Notes under the pieces: generated by a model
Databases searched by the model: none
What the model was told of the DNA's origin: nothing
What the model saw: the letters and a program-made list of their open reading frames with translations, nothing else
Part shown: positions 38,092-47,535 of the stretch, one piece after another
Position numbering within the stretch: the first letter of the stretch is position 1
How the letters are laid out: every line of letters starts with the position of its first letter
From: Pseudomonadota bacterium
GTDB lineage: Bacteria > Bdellovibrionota_B > Oligoflexia > Oligoflexales > CAIMVM01
DNA length: 47,535 nucleotides
Direction: 5' to 3'
Assembly (NCBI GenBank): GCA_037142195.1
Contig: JBAXBA010000020.1
Location: forward strand, 1 to 47,535
Position numbers and translations under genes: made by a program

Positions 38092-39457
38092 TAATCCAAC
38101 GTTAAAAATTCTGGTGACGGGAGCTACAGGACTTATTGGCAGAAAGCTGATTCACAGCCTCATGAGACAGGGGCATGAAGTTTCTGCACTTGCCCGCTCT
38201 CCCCAAAAGCTTCCTGAAATCCCTTCTGATCGAGTTTTCTCTTGGTCAGATCAAGAAGTTCCCTCTCCGGAGGTTTTCAGCAAGATGGATATTGTGGTCC
38301 ATTTAGCAGGGGAAGGGATTGCGGACAAACTTTGGACTGCCCCTCGAAAGAAGAGGCTTCGTGACTCAAGAGTGGAAGGCACCAAAAACATAGTTCGGGC
38401 TATTTCCATGCTTTCTGAAGATTCAAGGCCAAAGGTCTTTATTTCAGCGTCTGCCATAGGGTTTTACGGAAATTCTAGTTCGCCTCACCATGAGAATGGC
38501 CGTGCCGGCTCCGGATTCTTGCCTGAACTTTGTCGGGACTGGGAATCAGCCGCGAACCAGGCTCGAGCATTGGGACTTAGAACCGTATTGCTGAGAATAG
38601 GACTCGTTTTAGCTAAAGAATCTGGTTTTCTTTCTAAAGCGCCTCCGTTTATCCTGGGTAGCGGCAGCCAGTGGATGAGTTGGATTCATATAGACGATGC
38701 TGTTCGATTGATTGACTTTGCTATTAAAGAAAGTGCCATAGAGGGTGAACTCCACCTCACGGCGCCGACCCCTGTCACAAATCGAGATTTTATGAAAACT
38801 TACTCTGCTGTAAAGGGAGTTCCTTTTCTCCTGACGGCTCCTAAATGGGTTATAAAGCTCCTGACAGGAGAGTTGTCACAGATAGTACTGTCAAGTCATC
38901 GAGTTCAGCCTTTAAAGGCTTTACAACTGGGATTTAGGTTTCAGTTTGAGAATCTAGGAGAGGCCTTAGAAAATTTGGTAGGCAAAGCTAGATTTACCGA
39001 AAACTTTTTTTCATCAAGACAGTTTATTCCTTTGCCTAGGGATTTGGTCTATGCTTTTTTTTCCAAGGCTGAGAATCTCGAAATTTTAACTCCCCCATGG
39101 CTTAAATTTAAGATTCTTAACCAGTCGACACCAGAGATTAGAAAAGGGACACTCATCAACTATAGATTGAGGATTCATGGATTTCCTGTTTGGTGGAGAA
39201 CTTTGATCGCTGAGTGGAATCCCAACGAATCCTTTGTGGATACGCAACTAAGAGGACCTTATAAAAAATGGTACCATCTACATACGTTTGAAGAGGTGCC
39301 CGGTGGCACCCTTATATCTGATGATGTAACTTATGAGGTCCCTGGGTGGATTTTTGGGAAATGGATTCTACCCTTGATAAAGAGGGATGTATCTGCGATT
39401 TTTGCGTATAGGCGAGGGAAGATTCAGGAGCTTGCTGCTAAGGGGTATTTAAAGTGA
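38060..39457 (+). CDS. TIGR01777-family NAD(P)-binding epimerase fused to a C-terminal SRPBCC domain
   Basis: [31 protein letters not shown]-terminal [15 protein letters not shown]...[12 protein letters not shown]; start may be TTG 38081. Confidence 0.9.
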   Translation: MKEFGSNLKNSNPTLKILVTGATGLIGRKLIHSLMRQGHEVSALARSPQKLPEIPSDRVFSWSDQEVPSPEVFSKMDIVVHLAGEGIADKLWTAPRKKRLRDSRVEGTKNIVRAISMLSEDSRPKVFISASAIGFYGNSSSPHHENGRAGSGFLPELCRDWESAANQARALGLRTVLLRIGLVLAKESGFLSKAPPFILGSGSQWMSWIHIDDAVRLIDFAIKESAIEGELHLTAPTPVTNRDFMKTYSAVKGVPFLLTAPKWVIKLLTGELSQIVLSSHRVQPLKALQLGFRFQFENLGEALENLVGKARFTENFFSSRQFIPLPRDLVYAFFSKAENLEILTPPWLKFKILNQSTPEIRKGTLINYRLRIHGFPVWWRTLIAEWNPNESFVDTQLRGPYKKWYHLHTFEEVPGGTLISDDVTYEVPGWIFGKWILPLIKRDVSAIFAYRRGKIQELAAKGYLK

Positions 39458-40947
39458 CGCTTGAAAGTCAAGACTGGGGCATACATTGGTTTAGGCGAGA
39501 TTTACGCATACCAGGAAACGAAGCCTTAAAGTTTAATTGGAAGAGGAATAAGGGCTGCACTTTAGGCGTTTTTTGCTTCGATTCCAAGTTTCTGAGCCGG
39601 CCTGACTTTTCACACGATCGTTTCGGATTCTTCCTTAAGACCTTAAAAGCCCTTAAGGAAGATTTGAAAGCTCAGGGAGGTGACCTCTTAGTCATTGATA
39701 GGCAGCCTTCTGATTTTTTTTCCTGTCTGGTGGATTTTTTAAAGCGAAGTGGAAAAACGCCTCCGTCGCTTGTGACATGGAGTCGAGATTATGAGCCTTT
39801 CGCTAGAGCCAGGGATGCAGCCGTTGAGGCTCTATTTTCGAAATTAGCCATCGAGGTTTACAACGCCCGAGACCATTTGCTTTTTGAACCCCATGAAATT
39901 TTGAAAGGAGATCGCCCAGGCGACTTCTATCAAGTCTACTCCCCTTATGCCAGGCGTTGGTTTGAAGCCTTGAATGGGCCTACGGGAGAGGAAAGACTCA
40001 AAGCTCAAAGTAACGTTGGGGATTATTTTTCTAGAACCCAACGATCCTCAGACTTGTTTAAAATGAAATGGAGTGAGTTTACTAGGCTAGTGGATTTCCC
40101 ATTTAGGGATGCCTTGGAGCATTTTGAAGCTGAAAATGAAAAAAAGGTTTCGGTGCCCTTACCCGAAGCAGGATTCTTCAGTGCCTACCAAGCACTCCTG
40201 GATTTCAAAGATAAAATATCTAACTATAAAGTCCAACGAGACTTTCCTTCAAGGCCGGCGACTTCAAAGCTTTCTATTTACTTGAAAAATGGAAGCTTAA
40301 CCGTTCCCCAAATTCTTTCAGCTTTGGATCTAGGCGAGATTAGTTGGAAGGACACAGCTGGACCAGCGCATTTTGTAAAAGAATTGGCTTGGCGAGAATT
40401 CTACTATTCCATTCTCTATCACCGACCTCAAGTGGAGTCTTCTAGCTTTTTGAAACACTATGAGAATATACCATGGGAGAATGATGATACCCTATTCCAG
40501 CATTGGAAAGCAGGCACAACAGGTTTTCCCATCGTGGATGCGGGAATGCGCGAACTTGCTCAAACTGGCTGGATGCATAACCGAGTTCGAATGATTGTTG
40601 CTTCTTTTCTTACAAAAGATTTGCTGATTGATTGGAAATGGGGGGAACGTCATTTCATGAAGACACTCTTAGATGGAGATATGGCTCCCAACAACGGCGG
40701 TTGGCAGTGGGCTGCTTCAACGGGCTGTGACCCCCAGCCCTATTTCAGAATCTTTAATCCGTGGCTGCAAAGCGCAAAGTTTGATCCGGAAGGCTTATAT
40801 ATTAAAACGTTTATTCCGGAGCTTGCAACTGCCCCTTCAAAACTGCTTCATGATTCTGACGCGGATCGCAGCCCTTGGGGATACCCCAACCCGATCGTAG
40901 AGCACTCAAGTCGGAGAATTCTCGCTCTTCAACTCTATAAACGCTAA
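39454..40947 (+). CDS. phrB: Deoxyribodipyrimidine photolyase (class I CPD photolyase/cryptochrome family)
   Basis: HWFRRDLR, TSKLSIYLKNG, ELAWREFY, GWMHNRVRMIVASFLTK, NNGGWQWAASTG.D.QPYFRIFNP. Confidence 0.93.
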   Translation: MTLESQDWGIHWFRRDLRIPGNEALKFNWKRNKGCTLGVFCFDSKFLSRPDFSHDRFGFFLKTLKALKEDLKAQGGDLLVIDRQPSDFFSCLVDFLKRSGKTPPSLVTWSRDYEPFARARDAAVEALFSKLAIEVYNARDHLLFEPHEILKGDRPGDFYQVYSPYARRWFEALNGPTGEERLKAQSNVGDYFSRTQRSSDLFKMKWSEFTRLVDFPFRDALEHFEAENEKKVSVPLPEAGFFSAYQALLDFKDKISNYKVQRDFPSRPATSKLSIYLKNGSLTVPQILSALDLGEISWKDTAGPAHFVKELAWREFYYSILYHRPQVESSSFLKHYENIPWENDDTLFQHWKAGTTGFPIVDAGMRELAQTGWMHNRVRMIVASFLTKDLLIDWKWGERHFMKTLLDGDMAPNNGGWQWAASTGCDPQPYFRIFNPWLQSAKFDPEGLYIKTFIPELATAPSKLLHDSDADRSPWGYPNPIVEHSSRRILALQLYKR

Positions 40948-41050
40948 AAACCATATATTTCTAGAGAATCACCTGAAATTTTGAAGATAGGAGAATCTTG
41001 CTTCTTGCTCTTTATTCCGACTTTGAAGTGATCGAATAGGCGCCTAAAGT

Positions 41051-41079
41051 TTGACTTCAAAGCGCCAGCCTTCTAATAT
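41051..41079 (+). promoter_or_regulatory. Candidate sigma70 promoter
   Basis: TTGACT-17 nt-TAATAT, upstream of a GGAG RBS and ATG 41108. Confidence 0.55.
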
Positions 41080-41107
41080 TAGGGGTCCTATTTTTTCTGG
41101 AGAGTCT

Positions 41108-41425
41108 ATGAGCTGTTTTCAATCGATGCTAGGTGCTGCTAAGGTTTTGATGGTATTTGCAACTTTGGGTCTAGCGGGATGTGCCACATCTCTAACGCCC
41201 ATTTCTAATAATACGGATATTTCCAAAGTTGATTTTAGCAAGGTTTCGTCGATGAAGTCAGGCAAGTCTTGCGCGAAGTGGTACTTCATCTTTGGACCTT
41301 TCGGAACCCAAAGTTTAGTGAATGCCGCAGTGGATGGTAAGTTGACTAAAGTGGAACTTGTGGACACCAGCATTGAAAGCGGATTTATGACCCATTCGCG
41401 ATGCACGATAGCCTACGGGCAGTAA
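41108..41425 (+). CDS. TRL-like family lipoprotein
   Basis: Lipobox LAGC; GKSCA.....GPFG..S...AA..G.LTKV..VD...CTIAYG pattern. Confidence 0.75.
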   Translation: MSCFQSMLGAAKVLMVFATLGLAGCATSLTPISNNTDISKVDFSKVSSMKSGKSCAKWYFIFGPFGTQSLVNAAVDGKLTKVELVDTSIESGFMTHSRCTIAYGQ

Positions 41426-41594
41426 TGGATTTTTCTAGTTAGGCAATGGTTAGCGGAGGCTCAGGGTCATTTTCTGGAGCTCAGAGTCAAAAAATGAGAC
41501 TTGAAAAGAGATATTCAGCGTCCGCATAGATACCAAGGATCGAAGCTTTCCTAGATAGTGCTTACGACAGACAGTTATAAAGAGAGTTACAATT

Positions 41595-41626
41595 AAAAAA
41601 GAGCGAACCCTAGAGTTCGCTCTTTT
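41595..41626 (-). terminator. Intrinsic terminator of rpsU (probably bidirectional)
   Basis: AAAAAAGAGCGAAC-cctaga-GTTCGCTCTTTT. Confidence 0.85.
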
Positions 41627-41649
41627 AGATTCTTGGTAGTTTCTGATCC

Positions 41650-41853
41650 TTAGTCGGCATAACCGAACTTACGGATTTGCTTGGCTCTGCGTTTGCGAGC
41701 AGCAACACTTTTCTTTTTTAAGCGAACAGAAGGTTTTTCATATTCCTGCTTCTTTTTAAGATCACCGATAATACCGGCTTTCTCAACTTGCTTCTTAAAA
41801 ATGCGAAGAGCCTTCTCAACTGGCTCACCATCTCTTACTCTAACTCCTGGCAT
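41650..41853 (-). CDS. rpsU: 30S ribosomal protein S21
   Basis: MPGVRVRDGEPVEKALRIFKKQVEKAGII...YEKPSV; GGAGGTGA RBS. Confidence 0.96.
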   Translation of the reverse strand: MPGVRVRDGEPVEKALRIFKKQVEKAGIIGDLKKKQEYEKPSVRLKKKSVAARKRRAKQIRKFGYAD

Positions 41854-42130
41854 AAAAAAATCACCTCCCAACTTGGCTAATAGCCGACCTCTTTGATGAA
41901 GACTTTGTCTTCGAGGGACTTGATGTCTTATCAAGCACTGCTTTAGTTAAACACAATTTGCGGGAGAATTAAAGGTAAATGAGATGAATGTTCCGCAAAA
42001 ATAACGGCTTTTTTGGGCGTGAAGCTGGTATAATTTTCAGGACTTTGCTTCCTTGAGTCTAAGGGCAAGGAGGAACAGCCTGCGCTAAAATGTGCAATAT
42101 TTAGGCATCTATTTCTTTTAAGGTGGACTT

Positions 42131-43021
42131 ATGCTTGAACTTCGAAATTCCCAATTGTCCTTGTGGGTTGACCCTGACTACGGGGCCTGCACCTTGGGTC
42201 TTTTTTGGCATGGAAGAGCGATGATGCCAGACTGCCGCACGTCCCTGAGGCCGGCTTCCAGATTGATTTCTCAGCGGGGAGAGCTGCCCGAAGCCAGCTT
42301 CAACATGGTGCCATGGTCAGGGCGAGTTTTTGAGGGCAAGATGTGGCATGGGGGGCAAACCCTGTTTCTCGGGCGCAGTGAGGAACATGCTCTGCACGGT
42401 GAGGTTTGGGACAAAGCTTGGCAGGTAGAAAGTCAGACGGAAGACTATCTTCGCTGCAGTATAGAGCGCCCTTCGGGGAGTCCTTTTCCTGCCGACTATG
42501 CCGCTGCCTATGAAGTCCATGTGGAGGGAAATAGGGCCTGTTTTTCGCTTACCATAACCAACAGATCTTCTACTCCTATTTTTATGGGCGGCGGATTTCA
42601 TCCCTATTTCTGTCGCTTAAGAGGAGCTATGATTTCGTTCGAGGCACTGGCCGAATACCCCACAGCAGAGCACGTAGGGATCCCAAGCGGGCCTGCGATT
42701 CCTACACTGTGGTCAAAAAGATTCACTGAAGGGGTTAGTCTCTCCCAAAATGCCTCTGTCGACGCCTCATTTTTGCTGGGAAAGAAAAGCGCTCAGCTGA
42801 TTTGGCCCGAGGATGGGGTTGAAGCTTTCTTAGAGTTTTCGGACTCCCTAGATCACTTAGTGGTCTACAATCCTGATAAACCTTGGTTTGCAGTGGAACC
42901 AGTAAGTCACGCCAATAATATTTTGGGAGAAAGGCAAAATTCTTTAAGGACAACTTTGAAACCAGGGGGGGCTTTGAAGTTAGAGTACTCCATTTCCTTT
43001 TTCGAACGCGCTTCTGTCTAG
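42131..43021 (+). CDS. Aldose 1-epimerase family protein
   Basis: MVPWSGRV, HALHG, GGFHPYF, FAVEPVSH. Confidence 0.9.
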   Translation: MLELRNSQLSLWVDPDYGACTLGLFWHGRAMMPDCRTSLRPASRLISQRGELPEASFNMVPWSGRVFEGKMWHGGQTLFLGRSEEHALHGEVWDKAWQVESQTEDYLRCSIERPSGSPFPADYAAAYEVHVEGNRACFSLTITNRSSTPIFMGGGFHPYFCRLRGAMISFEALAEYPTAEHVGIPSGPAIPTLWSKRFTEGVSLSQNASVDASFLLGKKSAQLIWPEDGVEAFLEFSDSLDHLVVYNPDKPWFAVEPVSHANNILGERQNSLRTTLKPGGALKLEYSISFFERASV

Positions 43022-43107
43022 TCATTTCTGATGGGAAGATAGAATTCCAAGATTCTATGCGTTAAAGATATCATCAGATTCTTCCGAATCCTTAAAGTGG
43101 AGGAATC

Positions 43108-43833
43108 ATGAAATCCATTCGGCTCATAGGGCTTATTTGCCTTACATCATGTACTAACATTCAGGGCTTTTTTAAACCTAAAGAAGAGCTTGTGATTGAA
43201 GAAGGCTGCGCCATTGTCGTGCCCAATAAACTTCGAGTTTGTGAAACTCCGGAATTTGTTTCCATAGAGCGGGGGCGAAAGTCCATCTCTTGGAGTCGGG
43301 GTGCTTTTGTAGAATTGCTGTCCCAAAAAATTGAGTTAGGTCTTAAAAAATCGGGTATACTGCTAGGTTATCCCCATCAATTCAGGCTATCGGTGTTTTC
43401 CGAAGCTCTCATGACAGAACGCATTCTATGGTTGGTCCAAGTGGAAAGTGGGGACTCCATCTTGGGTTTTTGCTTCCCGGAATCACCTTCCGAGTGGGGA
43501 GACGCTAAGCCGCTTTGGATGCAGTCGAAATCCGGAAATGACGCGTCAAAGTTCACCGGAAGACTGCTTGTACAATGGGACGATAAGGGGCGAGGCATTT
43601 CAAAAGAACTTTTTAAAGAACTCTTTCCTGAATACAGAGTCAACAAGGCGCAAGGGCTCGTTTGGGAGCTAGGAATACCTTTGCAAGACTGGCGCGAGTT
43701 TGGGGAAAAAGTATCAACAGACCCTTGGATATCAAAAGGAATCAAAGCCATGCAAGTAGTTCCGTATAGTGCCACCTTAGGCCGAGAGCGGGAGATTACA
43801 AGCTGGACTTGGCAGAAAGGAGTTGCCCGATGA
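43108..43833 (+). CDS. Hypothetical lipoprotein
   Basis: GGAGG RBS, lipobox LTSC. Confidence 0.7.
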   Translation: MKSIRLIGLICLTSCTNIQGFFKPKEELVIEEGCAIVVPNKLRVCETPEFVSIERGRKSISWSRGAFVELLSQKIELGLKKSGILLGYPHQFRLSVFSEALMTERILWLVQVESGDSILGFCFPESPSEWGDAKPLWMQSKSGNDASKFTGRLLVQWDDKGRGISKELFKELFPEYRVNKAQGLVWELGIPLQDWREFGEKVSTDPWISKGIKAMQVVPYSATLGREREITSWTWQKGVAR

Positions 43834-44408
43834 GAATGCAAAGGATGAAACAGGGGATTCCCTTCGTTTTAGTCTCGCTGGCCATAATTTTCAGCGGAAG
43901 TTGTTCCACTCTCGTTACGACTACCTATTATTTTCGTCTGAGAATGCAAGGTACTTACGAAAGCACTCAGGAAGCTGATCCAGATTATACTGCCGAGCCT
44001 AGCCAAGCTAAATTTACCTTTTTGGGGGTCAAATTGCTTCGGGGGACAGATACGAGCTTGAATCTCTACAATGGGGATCCCATTGAATTAACCATTGTGG
44101 ACCGCGGTCAGCGGGTCTATGAAAAGGCCATCACAGACAGTCTCAGAAAGGCCAGCGATGGTTCCAGTCAAACCTTTACGGGGGTGGAGGTTACTTTTGA
44201 TACACCTTGGACATGTATAACGCCTGAAAAAGAGATAGCCAAAACCTTAGCCACATCTGTTGTAACTTTAACCAGTGATTTTACGATCGGCAAGGCTCAA
44301 GATAAGACCTTTACAGTCAATGTAAAATGGAAAGACACCGTGAACTCTGACGGAAGTGATTGTAAAGAACCCGAGTTAGAAATAGTATCAACGACATCAT
44401 ATGATTAG
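43830..44408 (+). CDS. Hypothetical lipoprotein (beta-rich)
   Basis: AAGGAG RBS, ATGA overlap, signal peptide ending SGSC. Confidence 0.7.
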   Translation: MRMQRMKQGIPFVLVSLAIIFSGSCSTLVTTTYYFRLRMQGTYESTQEADPDYTAEPSQAKFTFLGVKLLRGTDTSLNLYNGDPIELTIVDRGQRVYEKAITDSLRKASDGSSQTFTGVEVTFDTPWTCITPEKEIAKTLATSVVTLTSDFTIGKAQDKTFTVNVKWKDTVNSDGSDCKEPELEIVSTTSYD

Positions 44409-44421
44409 CTAGAGGTGCATC

Positions 44422-46347
44422 TTGAGTTTTGTCCAAGAAGAACATGGATTCTTTCGTCGTCTCTTAAAAAAATTAGGAACCCTTTTAAAAGTCTACCTTA
44501 TAGGTGTGGGGATATTTTGGACCGCAGTTCCCCTACTGATTGTGTTTCTCATATCTGGCTCCGTACGAAAGGCCTACCAGGAGCATCAGATTGCTGAGAC
44601 CCCCAAAGTCAAATCCTCACCCTCGATTTTAAATATAGAATTTGATGGGGAGGTTTCCGACAGCATAGCCAGCTCGAAAGAAGGCTATCTGAGCTTTCTT
44701 TTTTCATCGGATAAGACTTATTATTTACTAGATCTGGAGGGAAGGCTTAAAGAAGCGGCAGCCGATCCTTTTATTGAGGGCCTTTTTTTAGATTTTAAAA
44801 ATCTGTCAGGGTCTAAGAATCAGCTTCGAGAAATTCGAGAAAGCATTGCTGATTTTAAAGCAAAAGGTAAAAAAGTGTGGTGCTGGGTGCCTAGTTTAGA
44901 CTCCGACTTGTTCATTGTTGCAAGCGTTTGCGATCAGCTAGATATGTCCCCTGCAGGAAATATTGAGCTTTTGGGTCCCTATTTTTCCTTGATGTACTTT
45001 GGCGAGGCACTTAAAAAATTAGGAGTCGGTATTGAAGTGATTCGATCCGGCCCATTTAAGAATGCCTTTGAACCTCTCGTTTCGAATGAACCCAGCCCAG
45101 AGACACTTCAAATGTATCGTTGGCTCGAAGGTGACCTGCGGTCAACTCTCGTTGAAGAGATAGCAAAGTCTGCCCGCGAAGGACTCGATGAGGCAAAGGT
45201 TAAATCATGGTTTAAAAAATCACTCTATACGGGAATTGAAGCTAAGACGTTAGGAATTGTGAGTGACTTGCGTCAAAAGGCAGAAACTAAGAAGTTATTT
45301 GAAGAGCAACTGGCTAAAAAAGAATTGAACTGGCTAGATTATCAAGACTACCGCTCCCGTGATACGTCTTGGAACGTTTTGGATTCCAGGAAGAAGGAGA
45401 TTGCTTATCTTCACTTAAGTGGAGAAATCGATTATTCAGAAGGGAATTCTAGAGACCATAAAATAGTGCCCGACTGGGTGGCCGAGGATCTCAACTGGGC
45501 CGTAGAACGGGATAGCGTGGCAGCTATTGTCATCAGGATGGACTCGCCAGGCGGTTCAGCACTTGCCAGTGAGATGATTTGGGGTATGGTTCACGAGGCG
45601 GGTCTCAAGAAACCGGTGGTGGTGAGTATCGGTGGTGTGGGAGCCTCTGGGGGATACTATATAGCATCAGCTGCTAAGAAAATTGTAGCGGACCCTTTTT
45701 CTATCACGGGTTCCATCGGTGTTATAGGCATGGTACCAAACTTTGCCCAATTCCAAGAAAAATATGGCGTAAGCTTTTTTGAAGTCACATCCAGCGATCG
45801 CAAGACCATTGGAAACCGAGGAAAGCTGCTTTCAGAAGAGGACCGAAAGCTCATTTCGCAAGGCATTGATGAAACTTATGAGCTCTTTTTAAAGCGCGTT
45901 TCTGAAGGTCGTTCCTTAACCCGAAATGCCGTGCATGAAATCGCGCAGGGTAAAGTATGGACAGGACGACAAGCTTTAGATCTGAAACTGGTGGATCGTC
46001 TTGGTGGAATCAAAGAAGCTATTAAAGAAGCCAAGGGATTGGCAGGGTTAGATCAAGACAAGCCCCTACCGGTAGTTTCCCCTAATTCTGAATTTAGTCT
46101 TACAGAGTGTCTTTTAGACAAAGAAGACCTTAGAGAGTGCTTTGCTAAAAACTCTCGAGCCTCTTTGGGGTTTAAAGCTAAAATTTCTGAAATCTTTTTA
46201 CCTAGCGAGCTTCAAACAGCATTGTCTTCGCATAAGGCGAGGGAACTGAGTAGCCTGTCGTCCCGATTCATCTCAAAGTCTAGTTTAAATGGACCTAGCA
46301 AGAGCCCTTTGATCGAAACCCAGCTTTACGGAGTGGAATTAAAGTAG
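44422..46347 (+). CDS. sppA: Signal peptide peptidase SppA (67K type, S49)
   Basis: N-terminal TM, GPFKNAFEP, DSPGGSA, GASGGYYIA, TGSIGV, AQGKVWTG. Confidence 0.93.
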   Translation: MSFVQEEHGFFRRLLKKLGTLLKVYLIGVGIFWTAVPLLIVFLISGSVRKAYQEHQIAETPKVKSSPSILNIEFDGEVSDSIASSKEGYLSFLFSSDKTYYLLDLEGRLKEAAADPFIEGLFLDFKNLSGSKNQLREIRESIADFKAKGKKVWCWVPSLDSDLFIVASVCDQLDMSPAGNIELLGPYFSLMYFGEALKKLGVGIEVIRSGPFKNAFEPLVSNEPSPETLQMYRWLEGDLRSTLVEEIAKSAREGLDEAKVKSWFKKSLYTGIEAKTLGIVSDLRQKAETKKLFEEQLAKKELNWLDYQDYRSRDTSWNVLDSRKKEIAYLHLSGEIDYSEGNSRDHKIVPDWVAEDLNWAVERDSVAAIVIRMDSPGGSALASEMIWGMVHEAGLKKPVVVSIGGVGASGGYYIASAAKKIVADPFSITGSIGVIGMVPNFAQFQEKYGVSFFEVTSSDRKTIGNRGKLLSEEDRKLISQGIDETYELFLKRVSEGRSLTRNAVHEIAQGKVWTGRQALDLKLVDRLGGIKEAIKEAKGLAGLDQDKPLPVVSPNSEFSLTECLLDKEDLRECFAKNSRASLGFKAKISEIFLPSELQTALSSHKARELSSLSSRFISKSSLNGPSKSPLIETQLYGVELK

Positions 46348-46365
46348 GGTGGGACTTAGTTCGCT

Positions 46366-46400
46366 ACGGTCTTTCATATTTTTATGAAGGACCGTTTTTT
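46366..46400 (+). terminator. Intrinsic terminator after sppA
   Basis: ACGGTCTTTCATA-tttt-TATGAAGGACCGT-TTTTT. Confidence 0.75.
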
Positions 46401-46469
46401 AATCCAAGTTTTGCTAATTTGACGGGATTTAAGATATAATTACGGAATCGAAATTTAAATAGAGGTGAT

Positions 46470-47411
46470 ATGAGAAATATCTATTTATTCCCGCTGGCTT
46501 TGGCGGCACTTAGTGCTTGTAATCAGGTAAAGAACGAAGAACCCACATCTGAGGAAGCAGCAAGCGGGAATCAACCCTTTTTTACTGTTGGCGCCGGTGT
46601 TGATACTTTCCTTAAGATTAAAATCGAAGATTCCAGTAAGTTGATGCCAGGCACCGGAAAGTGCGAGCTGAGTTCTAAGGGCAAATATTTCCTGAAAGAC
46701 CTTTCAGGCCCTGAAGAGGGTTATTATAAAGTGACCTTAGCCAAAGCGATTCCAGGTTGCAAATTTGCAACAGGATTTGTTTTTGCGGAGCATATAGCTC
46801 CTTCTCAACCCCCATCAGGTTATTGTCAAAAAAGCTGGGAAGAAGCTCAAGTCATGGACTATACTACATTCGATGCCTATAATAACAGGTCCTACGCGAC
46901 TTCTGCCCATCCCGAATCTAAGACTCTGATGGGCAGCGCAGAACATAAAGACCGCACCATGTGTGAGCGAGCCCGTGTTTTAAAGCAGTGTTTTGAGAAG
47001 GCTGTGGGGTCCAACGAATCCGCCGCCATCAAATTTCGAAATTGGGCTAAAGCACGTCGCATAAGCCCCGTATTAGCGCTAATGGCAAAAACCCAGCAAG
47101 AAACGAAGCTAGGCATACTTCCTGATTCTTGCAGCAACGGGAATTGTAACGGAATCGGGATAGGGCAAATCATTACCGCTATAGATTCCAACGGAAATAA
47201 AATCGATGATAGCAATCCCGCATGGCGCGGCATCACTCACAATATTTTAACAAATCTTAAGTATTCTGTGCGTGTGATTGCTGCAAAAACAGACATGTCA
47301 AATAGTCTTTGGGACTTAGCCTACTACTATAATGGAAGTCCCGAACATCAAAACGCCTATGCGTCCAATGTGGTGAGCTTTTATGGCCAATTACAGAAGT
47401 GCCCTTTATAA
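46470..47411 (+). CDS. Lipoprotein with C-terminal lysozyme-like / lytic transglycosylase (SLT-like) domain
   Basis: Lipobox LSAC; ISP...MAKTQQET (Glu), GIGQI, NLKYSVRVI, AYYYNG pattern. Confidence 0.65.
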   Translation: MRNIYLFPLALAALSACNQVKNEEPTSEEAASGNQPFFTVGAGVDTFLKIKIEDSSKLMPGTGKCELSSKGKYFLKDLSGPEEGYYKVTLAKAIPGCKFATGFVFAEHIAPSQPPSGYCQKSWEEAQVMDYTTFDAYNNRSYATSAHPESKTLMGSAEHKDRTMCERARVLKQCFEKAVGSNESAAIKFRNWAKARRISPVLALMAKTQQETKLGILPDSCSNGNCNGIGIGQIITAIDSNGNKIDDSNPAWRGITHNILTNLKYSVRVIAAKTDMSNSLWDLAYYYNGSPEHQNAYASNVVSFYGQLQKCPL

Positions 47412-47448
47412 AAAGCGATCTTAGAAGCCAAGGTGATACCTTTTTAAA

Positions 47449-47480
47449 CAAAAAAATGAAGTGAATCATTCACTTCATTT
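47449..47480 (-). terminator. Hairpin with adjacent A-tract, probable terminator for a - strand gene beyond the window
   Basis: caaaaAAATGAAGTGAA-tca-TTCACTTCATTT. Confidence 0.55.
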
Positions 47481-47535
47481 GTGCGTCCGGTATGAACAGT
47501 AACTAATCATGAACAAGTGATCTTGGCCTAGAAAG

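Noticed and set aside
40950..41640. tRNA near the TRL-like lipoprotein
   Set aside because: No cloverleaf or T-loop (GTTCGA) context found.
2780..47469. Numerous antisense or nested ORFs in the supplied track
   Set aside because: They lie opposite or within well-supported genes and have no motifs; treated as shadow ORFs.

Overview
A ~47.5 kb chromosomal segment, most consistent with a Bdellovibrionota/Oligoflexia-type bacterium (inferred from the deltaproteobacterial-style S21, many Cys-rich lipoproteins and pilin-like genes; not verified by search). It carries housekeeping genes (rnhA, kdsA, mscL, truA, rpsU, sppA, a HelD-like helicase, MFS and ABC transport) and several accessory modules. 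(1) An ORF missing from the supplied track (1383 to the window edge, - strand) joins a truncated HD-GYP domain in frame to the C-terminal half of an O-antigen ligase, most likely an assembly chimera. (2) A divergent SelO/YdiU-like protein is translationally coupled to an S51 peptidase, with a small acidic ORF transcribed divergently. (3) A nine-gene type II FAS/PKS-like cluster encodes an AMP-ligase, FabZ, a Cys-less KS-like chain-length factor, an ACP, FabF, FabG, a FabL-like reductase, an alpha/beta hydrolase and a GDSL lipase. (4) Three tandem paralogous pilin-like proteins share 12 Cys and a predicted stalk-and-head architecture, with E5/E5/Q5 N-termini. (5) A photolyase-folE operon lies head-to-head with a GbsR/MarR regulator across a perfect 13-4-13 palindrome that holds two mirror-image, apparently leaderless sigma70 promoters. 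No rRNA, tRNA, CRISPR array or transposase was recognised.
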